Source: Dicyema japonicum (Eukaryota; Animalia; Dicyemida). From it: a stretch of DNA of 64,000 bases. The notes beneath the pieces are model-generated. The model was not told the origin of the DNA and searched no databases. It worked only from the letters and a program-made list of their open reading frames with translations. The stretch is taken from positions 187,779 to 251,778 of the forward strand of contig RDEW01000063.1 in assembly GCA_011109175.1 (NCBI GenBank), written 5' to 3'. A program made the translations under genes and the position numbers. Below are positions 53,110 to 64,000 of this stretch, in pieces (within the stretch, counting starts at the first letter, position 1; each line of letters opens with the position of its first letter).

Positions 53110-53521
53110 ATGGTGTCATTTATTTTTGAGACGATCTTAGACCTTGTTGAGATTGTCAAATAAACTGAAGGGAATACAACGAGAGACATCACAGATATGC
53201 AGAGATACTAAAATCACACAAGTACGTATACGAATTTTAATAAGCACTTCCAATTGTAAAAAACAGCACAGCAATTCAGGACAGCAAAAAATCCAAAGGC
53301 GATCGTGCACGACCATAGTATACTGGCCTCCATTCTGCTCTGAGCTTCGTAGACAATGAGAAGAGGCATGTTTTGAATCGTATACTTGAGAGAACATCCA
53401 AACAGAGTGAGGGACATTGTCTAAATATAAAGAGGACACTCACTATGAAGATTATGCACGTGACCACATTGGCTGCTCTTATTAACTTTATATGCTCATT
53501 TAAGATTTTATTATATTCCAA
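53110..53521 (-). CDS. Divergent tetraspanin-like protein, first 3 exons; 3' exons unresolved
   Basis: Introns 53421-53443 (23 nt) and 53208-53231 (24 nt) join TM1, TM2, LNCCAVFYNWKCLLKFY and TM3, matching the tetraspanin GCCGA..E..CLL..F/Y pattern. Confidence 0.65.
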
Positions 53522-54369
53522 AATTTATTTTTGCAGTTCATTCTCTAATTTGACAAAAAACGCCAACTTATTTTTATAGACTAATTCTATTAGTAATGTG
53601 TCGATTTTTTATTACTCATTGCAAAAATGCAATTTTGCTGATTTTTGAGTTATTTACCACAAAACACTTGTTGAATATAGATTTACTATTTTGTATTATA
53701 TCAAGGTCACTCTGGTGGAGAAAACTGTGAGGTCAGTCTTCTATCAAGGTCACTCTGATAGAGGGTCATCTGAGGAGTGTAGGATCGGAGTGAGGAGGGA
53801 GGGTGGAAGGGTTTGGTAACCAGGATCATCCGTACGTATAGAAATACGGTTTATAAGAATCTGTTTTGTTGTTTGTGGTAGTCAACAAGGGCACTCAGCC
53901 AGATCGAGTTATTAAACCTTTAAAACCGAGATCTTAAAGAGTTTGGAACTCGAATCCCTTTCAATCTTAAAGAAGAGATCATTTTAGATGGCGGCAAGCC
54001 ACTGGATGTCTCCAGAGTAAATGGAGTCCATCAAGAAGACAAAGAGTGAAGAAATCCTTCGACCATGAAAATTCAAGGTATGCGATCAATCATGAGGTGA
54101 TTACAAATTAATAACATTTTCTTAAGTCTTTTATTGTATTTCATAACAAAAAATAAAATTCCTATTAAAAATTTAACTTATAAAGCATAATTTTCTCAAC
54201 AACTTCAAAATGATCGAAATTGTCTTATAAGTACATCTCTTAAAATACTCGAATAACACCATTTTATATAAAAATAATAGTTGAGAGTATTTTTGGAAAG
54301 TTGTTAAATGTTACATTCTCATTAATAAACTATGAAAGTAATTTCTACACGGGGGACATATGTATAATA

Positions 54370-54692
54370 ATAACAGCCTTTTCACGAGAGCCATAATATT
54401 TATAGCACCGCATAGGCAGGACACACACTTTATTTAAGTAAAGAACAGTTAATTTTAACTAATCGTAGAACCAAGGAATGATCTTCACTTCTTTTTTTTC
54501 TTTTTCTTGTGTGAGTGTCCTTTCTAGACAATCCAGTTCCGCAGTGAGAGCCCACTGATGACGGCGTCACTCGTCAAACCCTTTTAGCATCGTAGATGCG
54601 TGGAACTTTCACCAGGTGAACAGCATCGAGAATCGAACTTGTAACTTTAGTCACTTAAGCCCGACACCTAACCACTATGCCACCAAGAGGAA
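54370..54692 (-). repeat. Full-length tRNA-headed SINE with TSD
   Basis: Box A tggcatagtgg, box B agttcgattctc, core, internal A-rich linker, 3' module with (TAT)n; TSD atatgta(t/a)aata at 54358-54369 and 54693-54704. Confidence 0.85.
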
Positions 54693-55099
54693 ATATGTAA
54701 AATAGTATGTATTAAAAAATATGGCCTCATCATTTCCCAACAAGGTTGCCTACTAGTTAGGCGGTACCCTCGTCCCTATTAACTGTGGGTTCGATTTTCA
54801 CTCTGCTAATTCTTGGTCAAATGACTACTTTATGCTATACTTTTTTTAATTCATTAAGTGTCATGGGATCCACCTAACTCAGGAGACTCAGTGCCTAGCC
54901 AAAATAGATCCTTATCATCCACAATGGCGAAAATAGATGGAAATGATGCTGAGAAAGGACAAGTCCCCCTACGACCTTGAGAACTGTTATTAAAAATCAC
55001 TTCTTTCCCTACGTTAAACACAATTTTGTGGGCCTGAAATCATAAGGACTGTGGATGAGAGACCACTGAAATTGGTAGAAAGGAAATCAATCAATTTTT

Positions 55100-55320
55100 T
55101 ATAATTAGAGTGTGTTGGAAGCCTATACCGAAGACTTTCTTCAAAACTTTCGCGCTGGCATGTCATCTATGATTTGTCTTCCGAACTGAAACCTGTACAA
55201 CTTTGAGTGGGCGTCCTCGGTGGGTGTGAATCGTAATTCATTTCACTCATCCTTAGTGAATATTGCAAAGAGGATAACCCTGAGATTATTGTGAAGCTGG
55301 ACGTCAACGCCTTCAATTCG
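55100..55320 (+). mobile_element. CRE RT fragment
   Basis: QL.VGVLGGCE and VKLDV.AFNS. Confidence 0.6.
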
Positions 55321-56203
55321 ATGAGTTGATGAAAAAGATCAACTTAAAAAGCCTTCATAAGGTCCTCTTCAGAGCATTGGACAACCCACATGTCGACCTT
55401 AAGTCGTCGACAATTTGGCTAAAATACGGTGACAACTCACCTCGATCGTAGGCGCTGTACACGTATATGCAAGACCGCAATATTTTTTGGGGTCGATCAA
55501 CAAATACATGTCCCCATTGTAAGTCAAGGAGCATGTCGGTTGATCATTTGACCACTCGATGTGGATCTATGCTCTGCCACGACTATGTGTGGAGGCATAA
55601 CGAGGTAGTTAAGAGTCTTCATCTTTTACTATGCAATACGTATGGTATTCGCCACACCAGAAAATTGCGGACTCATAAGGTGCAATCTGTAGTAGAGAAC
55701 ACCAGGGTCCAAATCAAGGTAGACAGTGTTATCTGTACCTCGTGCTAGTCAAGCACAATAAACCGGACATTGTGGTACACGATAAGATGTCTGGCCAAGT
55801 CCTTATCATAGAAGTTGGCATCACGTCTCAAGACCGTTTGCAGACTGTGGAGGTGGAGAAAAAAAGGAAGTATGACTTTCTTGCAAACGAGATGGGGCAG
55901 ATGCTTGGTTGCAAGGTCCTCGTTATTCCTATAGCAATGACGTGGGAAGGAATTGCAACAAAGTACCACAAGGGTTATCTGAAGCAGTTGGGGGTAGATA
56001 AGGAGCTCCAGGCCTATCTACTGTCCACTGTGTTATTGCGGACCCTAGAAAACCTGACACTGGAGTATAGGAGGCAGAGCCCTGAGATGCCATATGGGCA
56101 GAGGGTTAAATTGGACAAGGCGCTCTCGGAGTTGTTTCAGCAACCAGAATCGAACCTGCCTGAGGAGGCTGGCAACAGGCAGGCGAGGAAGGTTGTTGAT
56201 TAA
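55320..56203 (+). mobile_element. 5'-truncated R4/Dong-type RLE retroelement
   Basis: YMQDRN, CPHC...DHLTTRC, RHNEVV, NKPDIVV, IIEVGITSQD..EKKRKY; one stop near 55449 and one frameshift near 55742. Confidence 0.85.
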
Positions 56204-56267
56204 ATATATTAACTTTTTTATTGTTTGTTAAATAAAGTGGGAACTATTAATACTAATTTGAATTATT

Positions 56268-57030
56268 ATGTCACGCTTGTTTGTTAAGACATCTGTTGAA
56301 TATGATAATCTCAAAATTATTCTGGAAGGAGGCTTACCTTCTGATGTGCCTTCATATGCTATGTGCAGGATCCGAAAAAAGTCCAAGAGCTTCGTTCTTA
56401 AAGGAGGAAGAATGTATCTAAAAGACCCAGAAGGCGATAAATTGGTTATTGTTTCGGACAACGTTGAGGAAATGAAGTTTGTCGCTACTCAAATTCATGA
56501 TTTAACACATTGTGGCCTAAACATCCTAGAAACATATGCAAAGAACGATATTTTTTGTAAAAAGAGATGTTGTTCCCAGTTGTGAGACACGTCTTTTTGC
56601 CAGAAGTCTTAAGGAATATGAAGAAAATCATTGCAACTCGGCCCAATGGGAGATTTCAAATAAATTTAATCGATCTTAAAAGGTATCAGTTTTTTTACAT
56701 TCTCTAGGTTTAGCGAGTATAATGATGGTTATTCGTGTTAACGGCTATTGATATTTATTCAAAATATGCTGTTACAAAAAGCTTAAAGAAAAAAAGTGGT
56801 TGCTGACAACCTTGAGGATATATTCATGGATTATGGACCATGTTATTATTTACAGTCGGACAATGGCTCCGAGTTTAAAAACTCACATGTCACTGCAATT
56901 TGCAAGAACATTATTCAAATTCATTCACGTCCAAACAAGCCACGTGGTCAAGGTATACAATTGAATTATTTTTATTTTAGGAATTGTAGAAAGATAATCA
57001 GACAATCACTCGAACTTTGTGGAAGATGTT
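56268..57030 (+). mobile_element. Ginger-like integrase with two tiny introns
   Basis: IH.LTHCG zinc motif; LIDLKR|intron 56683-56707|FSEYNDGY..AIDIYSKY; LQSDNGSEF; SRPNKPRGQG|intron 56953-56980|IVER. Confidence 0.8.
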
Positions 57031-57059
57031 ATCGGATGATCCAAATAAATGTTGAAAAA

Positions 57060-59455
57060 AAGAGGCATCAAAAGATTTAATCCAATTCTCCCTTATGTAG
57101 GCTACATGATGAAGCAGTTGTGAATGGTTTCTTAGTCACAAAGGTCACGCGAATGTTCAGAGGATCGCAAGCCATGCCAATGGCGAAGATCTTGATTAAC
57201 AGTAAACCAGAGGCCACATCATTAATGCGCTGTGGCTTCTTCATTGGAACAAACAAGATCTCTTGTGAGTGGAAGAGAAGAGGACAGCCCATCTGCTACA
57301 ACTGCCAGCAGGTCGGTCACTTTGCACACCAGTGCACGGGAAAGAAGAAATGTTTCCGTGGCGCGGGAGAACATGACACCTCCAAATGCAAAGAAATCTA
57401 AAAAGAAACTTAGAAATAGTGCTGGTGAACGCCCGATCCCTGAAGATGAGGCGTGATGACCTGGCACTACTCATGTCGTCCACCAAGATTGACATCCTGG
57501 TGGTCAATGAGAACTCGAAAATTTCTTCGCAGAGAACAACTTGTCTATCCTAGTGGGGGATCTGAACGCCAAGAACACTAAATATGGATGCCTCAGAACC
57601 AACGAAGATGGAATCAGGTTAAGAAGACTAAGTGACAAGGCAGGCTTCGAGGTAATGACCTCGGAGAAGCCAAATCACTACTCGTACCACGTCGGAGACA
57701 TGCTTGGGGTCTTCCTGGTGTCACCACTACTATGCACTTATGTGGAGCAACCAATGATCATGCAGGACATCGGGAGCCACCACATCCCACAAGAAATAAC
57801 ACTAAACCTGGCTCCAGACACCACCAATGTTTACTGACTACGACCTATCAAGACTAAATTGGGAACACTATAGAAGATACATATCTAGAAACCTCAAAAA
57901 CTGGAAGGATGGACCTTATTCCCGAAATGATGTTGACAACATAGACAGAGACCTCTCAATTATGATGGAGAGATACTTTCACTTTACGCAAGGAGGAGAA
58001 CTACAAAGACCAATCATGGGAAGAGCATCAATCTCTCCCATCATACATTATCTATGATTAATGAAAGAAACCGCATAAGGAACAAACTCAGAAGATGTGT
58101 TGACTAGATGACCGACCATCTAAAAATAATCAAAAAAATCATTGAAGAGGGAACAAGACTGTCCCACAACATTTGAGGAACGAGGCAAGCAAACTAAATA
58201 CGAAAGACCCCTCGTTCTGTAAGTTCTACAAAGATTAACCGCCCAGAACATGAAGGATACAAAAATCTCTTTGACCAAATCAGAAGGAGGATCATGCTCT
58301 ATGGAAGAAGCTCCAGCTATCTTTAAGAAGCAACTGGAGCATATCCAGGGGGTCAACCCAATGGAGCTAATCCCAGGGGAAAAGTTGAAAGCTACAGAAG
58401 AACTCCTAACGTACTCTCTGGATGATCTTAATGACACCGAAATGGAGATAACGACAGAGGACGTTGTAAATGCGATCAGAACATGCACGGCCAACGCCCC
58501 TGGATCTGATCATATAAGTATGAAATTGTTCAAGGAAGGGCCGGATGATCTGCTGCTTGTGCTGAAGAATCTATTAAACGCGAGTATTACTCATGGATAT
58601 GTCCCAATACGATGGAAATGTTCTATTATCAGAATGGTACTCAAACCGAGAAAGTCGGGGAAGAACCCTCTCAACTATAGACCGATCAGCCTCATTTGCT
58701 ATATATCCAAGTTTGCTAGCGAATTATCCTCAAGAGGCTGAACGAGCACATAGAAGAGAGTGGTTTCCTTCTCGCAGAACAATGGGGCTTCAGACCTGGA
58801 AAATCCTGTACGGACTGCATCTACCAGATGCACTCGACGGTATTGAGAGGTCTGGAATTCAAGAGACAAGTCAACCTAGTATGTCTGGATCTGTCTAAAG
58901 TTTTTGATAGCGTGTGCCATGAATTCTTCCTACCAAGGTTAGCACCTGCGAATATCCATAAGAATCACTTCATATGGATAAAGAACTTTCTAACGGAACA
59001 CACTTCCCGAATACGTGTCGGAGCATATATGTCAAGAGATACTACATTGAAGAGGGGAGTTCCACAGGGCTCTATCTTGATCCCGCTGTTGTTCAATATA
59101 AGTTCCACCACATATGAACACAAAGATGTTGATATACGCGGATGACATTCTAATCATGGATACTTCTGGAAAATTCACTTTATCGGAAAATAGAATCAGG
59201 CTATTCGTTGATCAAGTTCAGGACTAATGCTCCAAGAGAGGGATGACACTCTCTACCGAGAAATCGAGCCATATGAGAGTCAGTCCCCTACGGAGGCATC
59301 GTGTACAGCCTTATTCACTTGGCATCCCAAAAGTGAATTCACTTCGGTACCTCGAGATAGTCATCGATGGAGAAGGTTCCTTCATGGAAGATATCAGACG
59401 AAGAAGGAAGAAAGCGCTACAAGCGCCTTTTAACTCCTATAATTCGCTTAAATAA
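57060..59455 (+). mobile_element. Jockey/I-type LINE: gag-like ORF1 and APE-RT ORF2, decayed
   Basis: CYNCQQVGHFAHQC knuckle; VNARSL, GDLNAK; NAPGSD, YRPISL, DLSKVFDSV, GVPQGS, YADD, RYL. Confidence 0.9.
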
Positions 59456-59624
59456 AGTTTGGTTCGTTCGTTAATAAGAAACCAGTCTTTTTTGAGTAAC
59501 TTGTGAGCAAAAAAATCGATATTTTATGTAGCGCATAGTTGCAAGTAGCGCTCGCGACACAATAGATTCATTCTAACATAGACTGGAATCCAACGAGTTG
59601 ATCCTTTTAATCTTTATTGTGGTG

Positions 59625-59745
59625 ATAATTCTCGCCATGTGGTCCTACGTGGCTAATTGGTTGACTCTTCTTCTTCTTACTAGAGTGGCGTCGTGTAATC
59701 CTCCCAGTGCCAGTCTTGCACGAAAAAAGATCATTTGCTCTCTGA
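59625..59745 (+). repeat. Non-tRNA SINE-like repeat, partial copy C
   Basis: ccatgtggtcctacgtggctaattggttga..tagagtggcgtc..gcacgaaaaaagatcatttgctctc. Confidence 0.7.
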
Positions 59746-60640
59746 GTAAATCTACATTTTTATTCTGGGACTCTCGCTTGATGAATTCCCCAAATCACGA
59801 TACAGGATCATGTATTTATCCATGAAACTATCGGAGATGAGTGGAGCCACCTTAAACTGCACGATCCTGATCCACATACTTCGTATTTTTTCTCTTAAAA
59901 TATTCTTTTTCTTCCGAAATTAGTGTTTTGTGGAATTTCCTCTCCTTGCTACCTCTCTCCGATTAATCGTGAGAAATTCAACATTCTTATCGCAATTGAA
60001 GAAATTGTGATTCCAGATTTGTGGCCATCGGCATATTTCTGTTGTGGACGTTTCCTTGCCATTCTTCCTGTCTTCCTAATCAAGCAACACATTTCTCATC
60101 CAGATTTCTGCAAATCCGCCCTGGACGACAAAATTGCTTACGGGTAGAAGAGTTGGTTTTTAAAGAAGCCTCTCTTATTTCACAGATTGAGGAAATAGAT
60201 TTGTTGTCATACTTTTCGATTCGAGGGGCCAAGTTTGTAATAATTTTTCTTCGAAGGCCAGATTATAATGGTCTTTTTGAAGAAGAGAGTGCCTAATAGC
60301 TGCACGAGTTCTTCCTTCTTACGTAGAGTCCGACGTGATCGGAATGACAGACCCTATTTTCGCCTGTTGAGTTTGTTCCCCCTCAATTAAACGGTCCACT
60401 AAAAAATGTTTTTGTTTGAGTTTTTGAAAATACTCTGTGCAGTATGGACAAGCAAACTAGGTTAGAAAATACGAGGGAAAATCCTCTAGTTCGGATACGT
60501 CGAAATTTAATGTCACAGTCCAGATCTGCGAAACGGGAGAGCTGCGAGGTCAATGCTCAAAATAAGAAAAAAAAATTTTTTTCAGAAAACATTACATTGG
60601 AAGAAATTATTAATAATAGAATATAAAACTTATTATATAG

Positions 60641-61897
60641 TGTCACGGCCCGTACGTTGATTCGGCCCACACATGGTCGAGGCTAATAAAATTACAAAAT
60701 TTTCTATAACAGAATCAACTTAAATATACCCAATAAGTTTACCTCTGGTATTAAATATTCTGTAGAACGCAAAAAATGAGAGAACCAAAATTAAATAATA
60801 AACCACCAAATGTCACAAAGCGATGGTAATCCTCGTGCTAAAAAAATTTTATTTTATTTAAAAAAGATAAAATCTAATAATTTAAATAACTACTAAAATA
60901 ACGAGTATAGCTTTAACCAAAATAATTAATTTAAGCCTTGTTTTTTATTCATATTATTGAAACTTTAACTCTAAACACTAACCCTAAAACCTTTAAATCC
61001 TAACCAAAACCCCTAAACATTAAACCAAACCCTTCAAGGTGTAAATTATTAGACATAATTAATTAATTTATTTAGCGTATTCGATCACTTTAACTCATGA
61101 CCAGTGAATTCTTTCATCCTCATTGTTATTGAGAAAACAATTTTGGTTACTTCATAGATGGTGCAGTCAAGCTCATCGCCATGATCTCCTCTTTTAAGGA
61201 CCTTGTTACCAACTTTTAAAGTTTCTTCGTCATTTCTCCACCTTCTTTTTTCAATCATATTTTGTCCTGCTACTTGCGTATATATTCTACTCGTGCCTCC
61301 TCCTTTGCTTCATCCACTTTATTAGACAGAAAATTCGACAAATCCTCCGGAATTGCTTCTGTGGACACTTACATCCCATGAGTATGAAGAATGGCATTTG
61401 TTTCGTTGTCTCGAGTATCTAATTGTTGTAATCAAAAACAATTTTCTTTTAACTAATGAACATAACTCCCAAACTCTCCACTGGAAGCGGATGTAGAGGA
61501 AATCCATTTTTTATTGAATCTAAATTTATAATTTATTTTTTAGCTCTACTTGACTTTGTATCCGTGGAGCACGCGGTCCACCAAAGACATATTTGGCTCG
61601 AAGTTCCATTAACATGTTAGTCATCAACAACAAAAACAATCAGTCGCGTGTTAATAAAAGCGTGTTAATTATTTTTTTTAATTTAAATTAATTATTATTA
61701 AGAAACAATTTATTTATTAAAAACTAAGTATTTTGATACTGTACCCATTCTATATAGTCTTCAATTTTATTTTTTCCAAAAAGTGATTATTTTAAAATAA
61801 AAATAAATAGTTGTAATCTTTATCCAATAACGAACAAAAATATATAATTATTTTTTAAATGATAAAAATCATTGACCATGTGTTGGCCGCCGTGACA
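60641..61897 (-). mobile_element. Non-autonomous Ginger2/TDD-like element with TIRs and 5-bp TSD
   Basis: TGTCACGGC..GGCCCACACATGGTC at left; GACCATGTGTTGGCCGCCGTGACA at right; TSD TATAG (60636-60640, 61898-61902); internal YNN.I.ETTKQMPFF and LKVGNKVL remnants. Confidence 0.85.
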
Positions 61898-61929
61898 TAT
61901 AGTTTTTTTTAAATATCAATTATAATATA

Positions 61930-62215
61930 TGGTTCAGGTGGTATCAACACAAGAAGCAATTGAAAAATTAAGATTTAAAGTGAATCGGGACAACAAGATG
62001 AATTCTTTGACTGGAGAGAAAGGGCAAAAATCAAACGATATGCTCAAAGTTTCAGTTTCAAGGAATCCACAGTCTACATTACTAAAAATGATGGTTGAGA
62101 GTTGATTCTTTGCATTGAGGAAGCTGAATTAAAATACATTGAAGTTGTATATTTGTTGATTTAAATTAGGCTCAACATAAACTAAATTACTTTGGATGTG
62201 ATAAATATATAGTTT
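61930..62215 (+). mobile_element. Ginger N-terminal fragment with intron
   Basis: KFQFQG.TVYITKNDG.ELILCIEEAELKYIE|26-nt GT-AG|AQHKLNYFG resembles 56268-56585. Confidence 0.45.
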
Positions 62216-62296
62216 ATAGTCACTTATCATTTATAGACCTAGTGAAGTGGCTATTGTGGTCTATAAATGTGTTTATTATAAATTATTAATTCTAAC

Positions 62297-63285
62297 GAGG
62301 TCTAAATATCAGTGCACCAATACTCGTCACCTCAAAATTATTGTCTGCTCTGTGGATCTGCGTAAAGCCTTTGACTCTCTTCAGGAAAATCTTAACCAGG
62401 AAATTATTTGGACTCTCCATTAACCCCAATCTAAAACTCTGGCTTTCGAATTTCCTCAGAGAGTGAAGGGCCCGGGTTTGTATGGATGATACAAAATCAC
62501 TTTCGAGACTATTCCCAATGGTGTTCCGCAAGGCTCTCCTTTGTCCCCCGCCTTATTCAACCTTTTTTTGCCACGATCAGTTGATAAAGACGATCTTCTC
62601 CTCTCCTATGCTGATGACATTCTAATTGGATCCCGTGACCAGGATCTCCTAAAAGCCTCAGAAAGAGTTCAAAAACAACTACACGTGATTCAAAATTGGT
62701 TAATCCCCAACAGACTTGATATATCTCCTGAGAAGTCCTCCACATCCCTATTTACCTCAGACAAACGTCTTAGAAGACGGAACCTGCTCAAGAAAGCTTG
62801 GTTTGATCAAATCTATTTTTGGTGGCATCAGAACCCCTTTCCCAGCATTGAAACTACTACATAAACAATTCATTGAGCCATCTATCAGCTACGCCTGTGC
62901 GTCTTGGGGAATCAACCTATCCTGGACGAACAAACAGAAAATCAGTGATATTCAGTCCCTATCAGCTACACTATCGGCAAGCTGTGAGAACAGTCAGTCC
63001 CTACACCCACCTCTCTGCAAGACCTTATCGGACAAAATGGGAAGGGATTCGCCACATTGTGCCGAAAATCCAACTTACTACAATGCTTAATGGATTCGGT
63101 CTTACTAGAAGACTTTACATCACCCTCTTGTATTTCTTTAAAACCCTCCCGTCCTCAGAGAAGCTGTGTTGGATCTCGGAAGGTCACCGGAAAAAGATGA
63201 GTGACCTGAGGGAGCGACCGGGATCACCTAATTAGTTTAATACAATTAAATTAACTATTGGTGTTCTTGGGTTAAATAAATAATA
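62297..63285 (+). mobile_element. 5'-truncated I/Ingi-group LINE with 12-bp TSD and 5' filler
   Basis: DLRKAFD, GVPQGSPLSPALFN, YADD; TSD ATTAATTCTAAC at 62285-62296 and 63286-63297. Confidence 0.9.
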
Positions 63286-63307
63286 ATTAATTCTAACAAT
63301 TCTAAAG

Positions 63308-64000
63308 GAGAAACATTCACTGGTTTGTCATGGAAGACCACACATTTGGAGATTTTGGAAAAGTATGGATTTTTTTTAATTCAGAATGTCGATGTACTCT
63401 GAGGACATCATTATCGCAAAGGTAGACCAGACCTTTGGGACCTCGAACGGCCATTGAGGATGACTGCGAGTTCGAAAGAATGGTGGCCAAGAGAGAGGAC
63501 ATTATCGAACTCTTAAAGGTTGTCTTAGTGGTGATGGTAGTACAACAAATTCAAATTGGAGATAATAAATGATAAACCGGAGGAGAAGACATTTATTGTA
63601 TATAGATGTGGTGGGCTGATCGACCTTTGTCGGGGACCCCATGTGATGAATACGGGGAAGGTTTTCAACAACAAATCTTGAATGTATTGGTGCACTGATA
63701 TTTAGACCTCGTCACTTTCTGGAAGGGGAAAATTATAGTTTGCAGAGATTGTACGGGATTTCTTTCTCCTCAAAAGAACAGGTGGACCGGACTGTGATGT
63801 ACGACTACAGAAATGTGGGAAGGTACTATTTTATACCACGTGCAGCAACAAGAGCTTTTCTTCTTCCACCATTTGTCCTTAGGGTCTTGTTTTTTCTTGC
63901 CAAAGGGAGCAATTATCTAGAAAAGAGTGGTCTCCTTTATCCAGTCACAGTATGTGAAGAGAGTATTAAATGACGTCGTGTCCCCCAACATTTTAGCAGC
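63308..64000 (+). pseudogene. TARS1: Threonyl-tRNA synthetase copy with introns and internal deletions, running off the window
   Basis: [60 protein letters not shown]; 22-23 nt introns at 63363-63384 and 63684-63705; the block between EDDC and FER is missing. Confidence 0.85.

Noticed and set aside
53700-53760. Two TCAAGGTCACTCTG nuclear-receptor-like sites
   Set aside because: A local 14-nt duplication with no linked gene evidence
54553-54582. Hammerhead-like CTGATGA...AAA in the SINE core
   Set aside because: Stem II is followed by TCAAA rather than GAAA, no stems I/III were found, and it lies antisense to the Pol III transcript
62100-62270. Upstream TARS exons on the far side of the LINE
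   Set aside because: Reads better as a Ginger N-terminal zinc-binding region; no clean splice path to the TARS exon
1-64000. Fanzor/TnpB, Helitron, Polinton, LTR element or rRNA
   Set aside because: No RuvC/zinc-ribbon, Rep/helicase, PolB, gag-protease-RT-RNaseH order or rRNA motifs recognised; integrases lack RT and contain introns

Overview
Eukaryotic (animal-like) AT-rich genomic DNA. Roughly two thirds is decayed transposable elements, around a few host genes with tiny (22-28 nt) GT-AG introns. Host genes: a ZER1/ZYG11-family gene present twice inside a ~10 kb tandem duplication (15767-26663 / 26661-36487), an A20/AN1 zinc-finger gene (ZFAND5/6-like), UBE2N/Ubc13 with four 22-23 nt introns, a divergent tetraspanin-like gene and an internally deleted threonyl-tRNA synthetase copy. 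Mobile DNA: CRE-clade and R4/Dong-type RLE retroelements, APE LINEs (Jockey/I-type, I/Ingi-type, RTE), hAT relics with TIRs/TSDs, intron-containing Ginger-like integrase transposons, a tRNA-headed SINE, and a non-tRNA ~310-330 nt SINE-like family whose 3' stem-loop matches the I/Ingi-type LINEs. Best leads: (1) a LINE 5' junction with a 29-nt antisense filler copied from a nearby gene that ends exactly at an intron 5' splice site; (2) the structured non-tRNA SINE and its LINE partner; (3) Ginger transposases carrying host-sized introns; (4) a high-divergence patch between otherwise near-identical ZER1 copies. All family calls come from motifs recognised by eye and from memory; no searches were run. 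Many homopolymer indels may be long-read errors. No CRISPR, rRNA or intact tRNA gene was seen.
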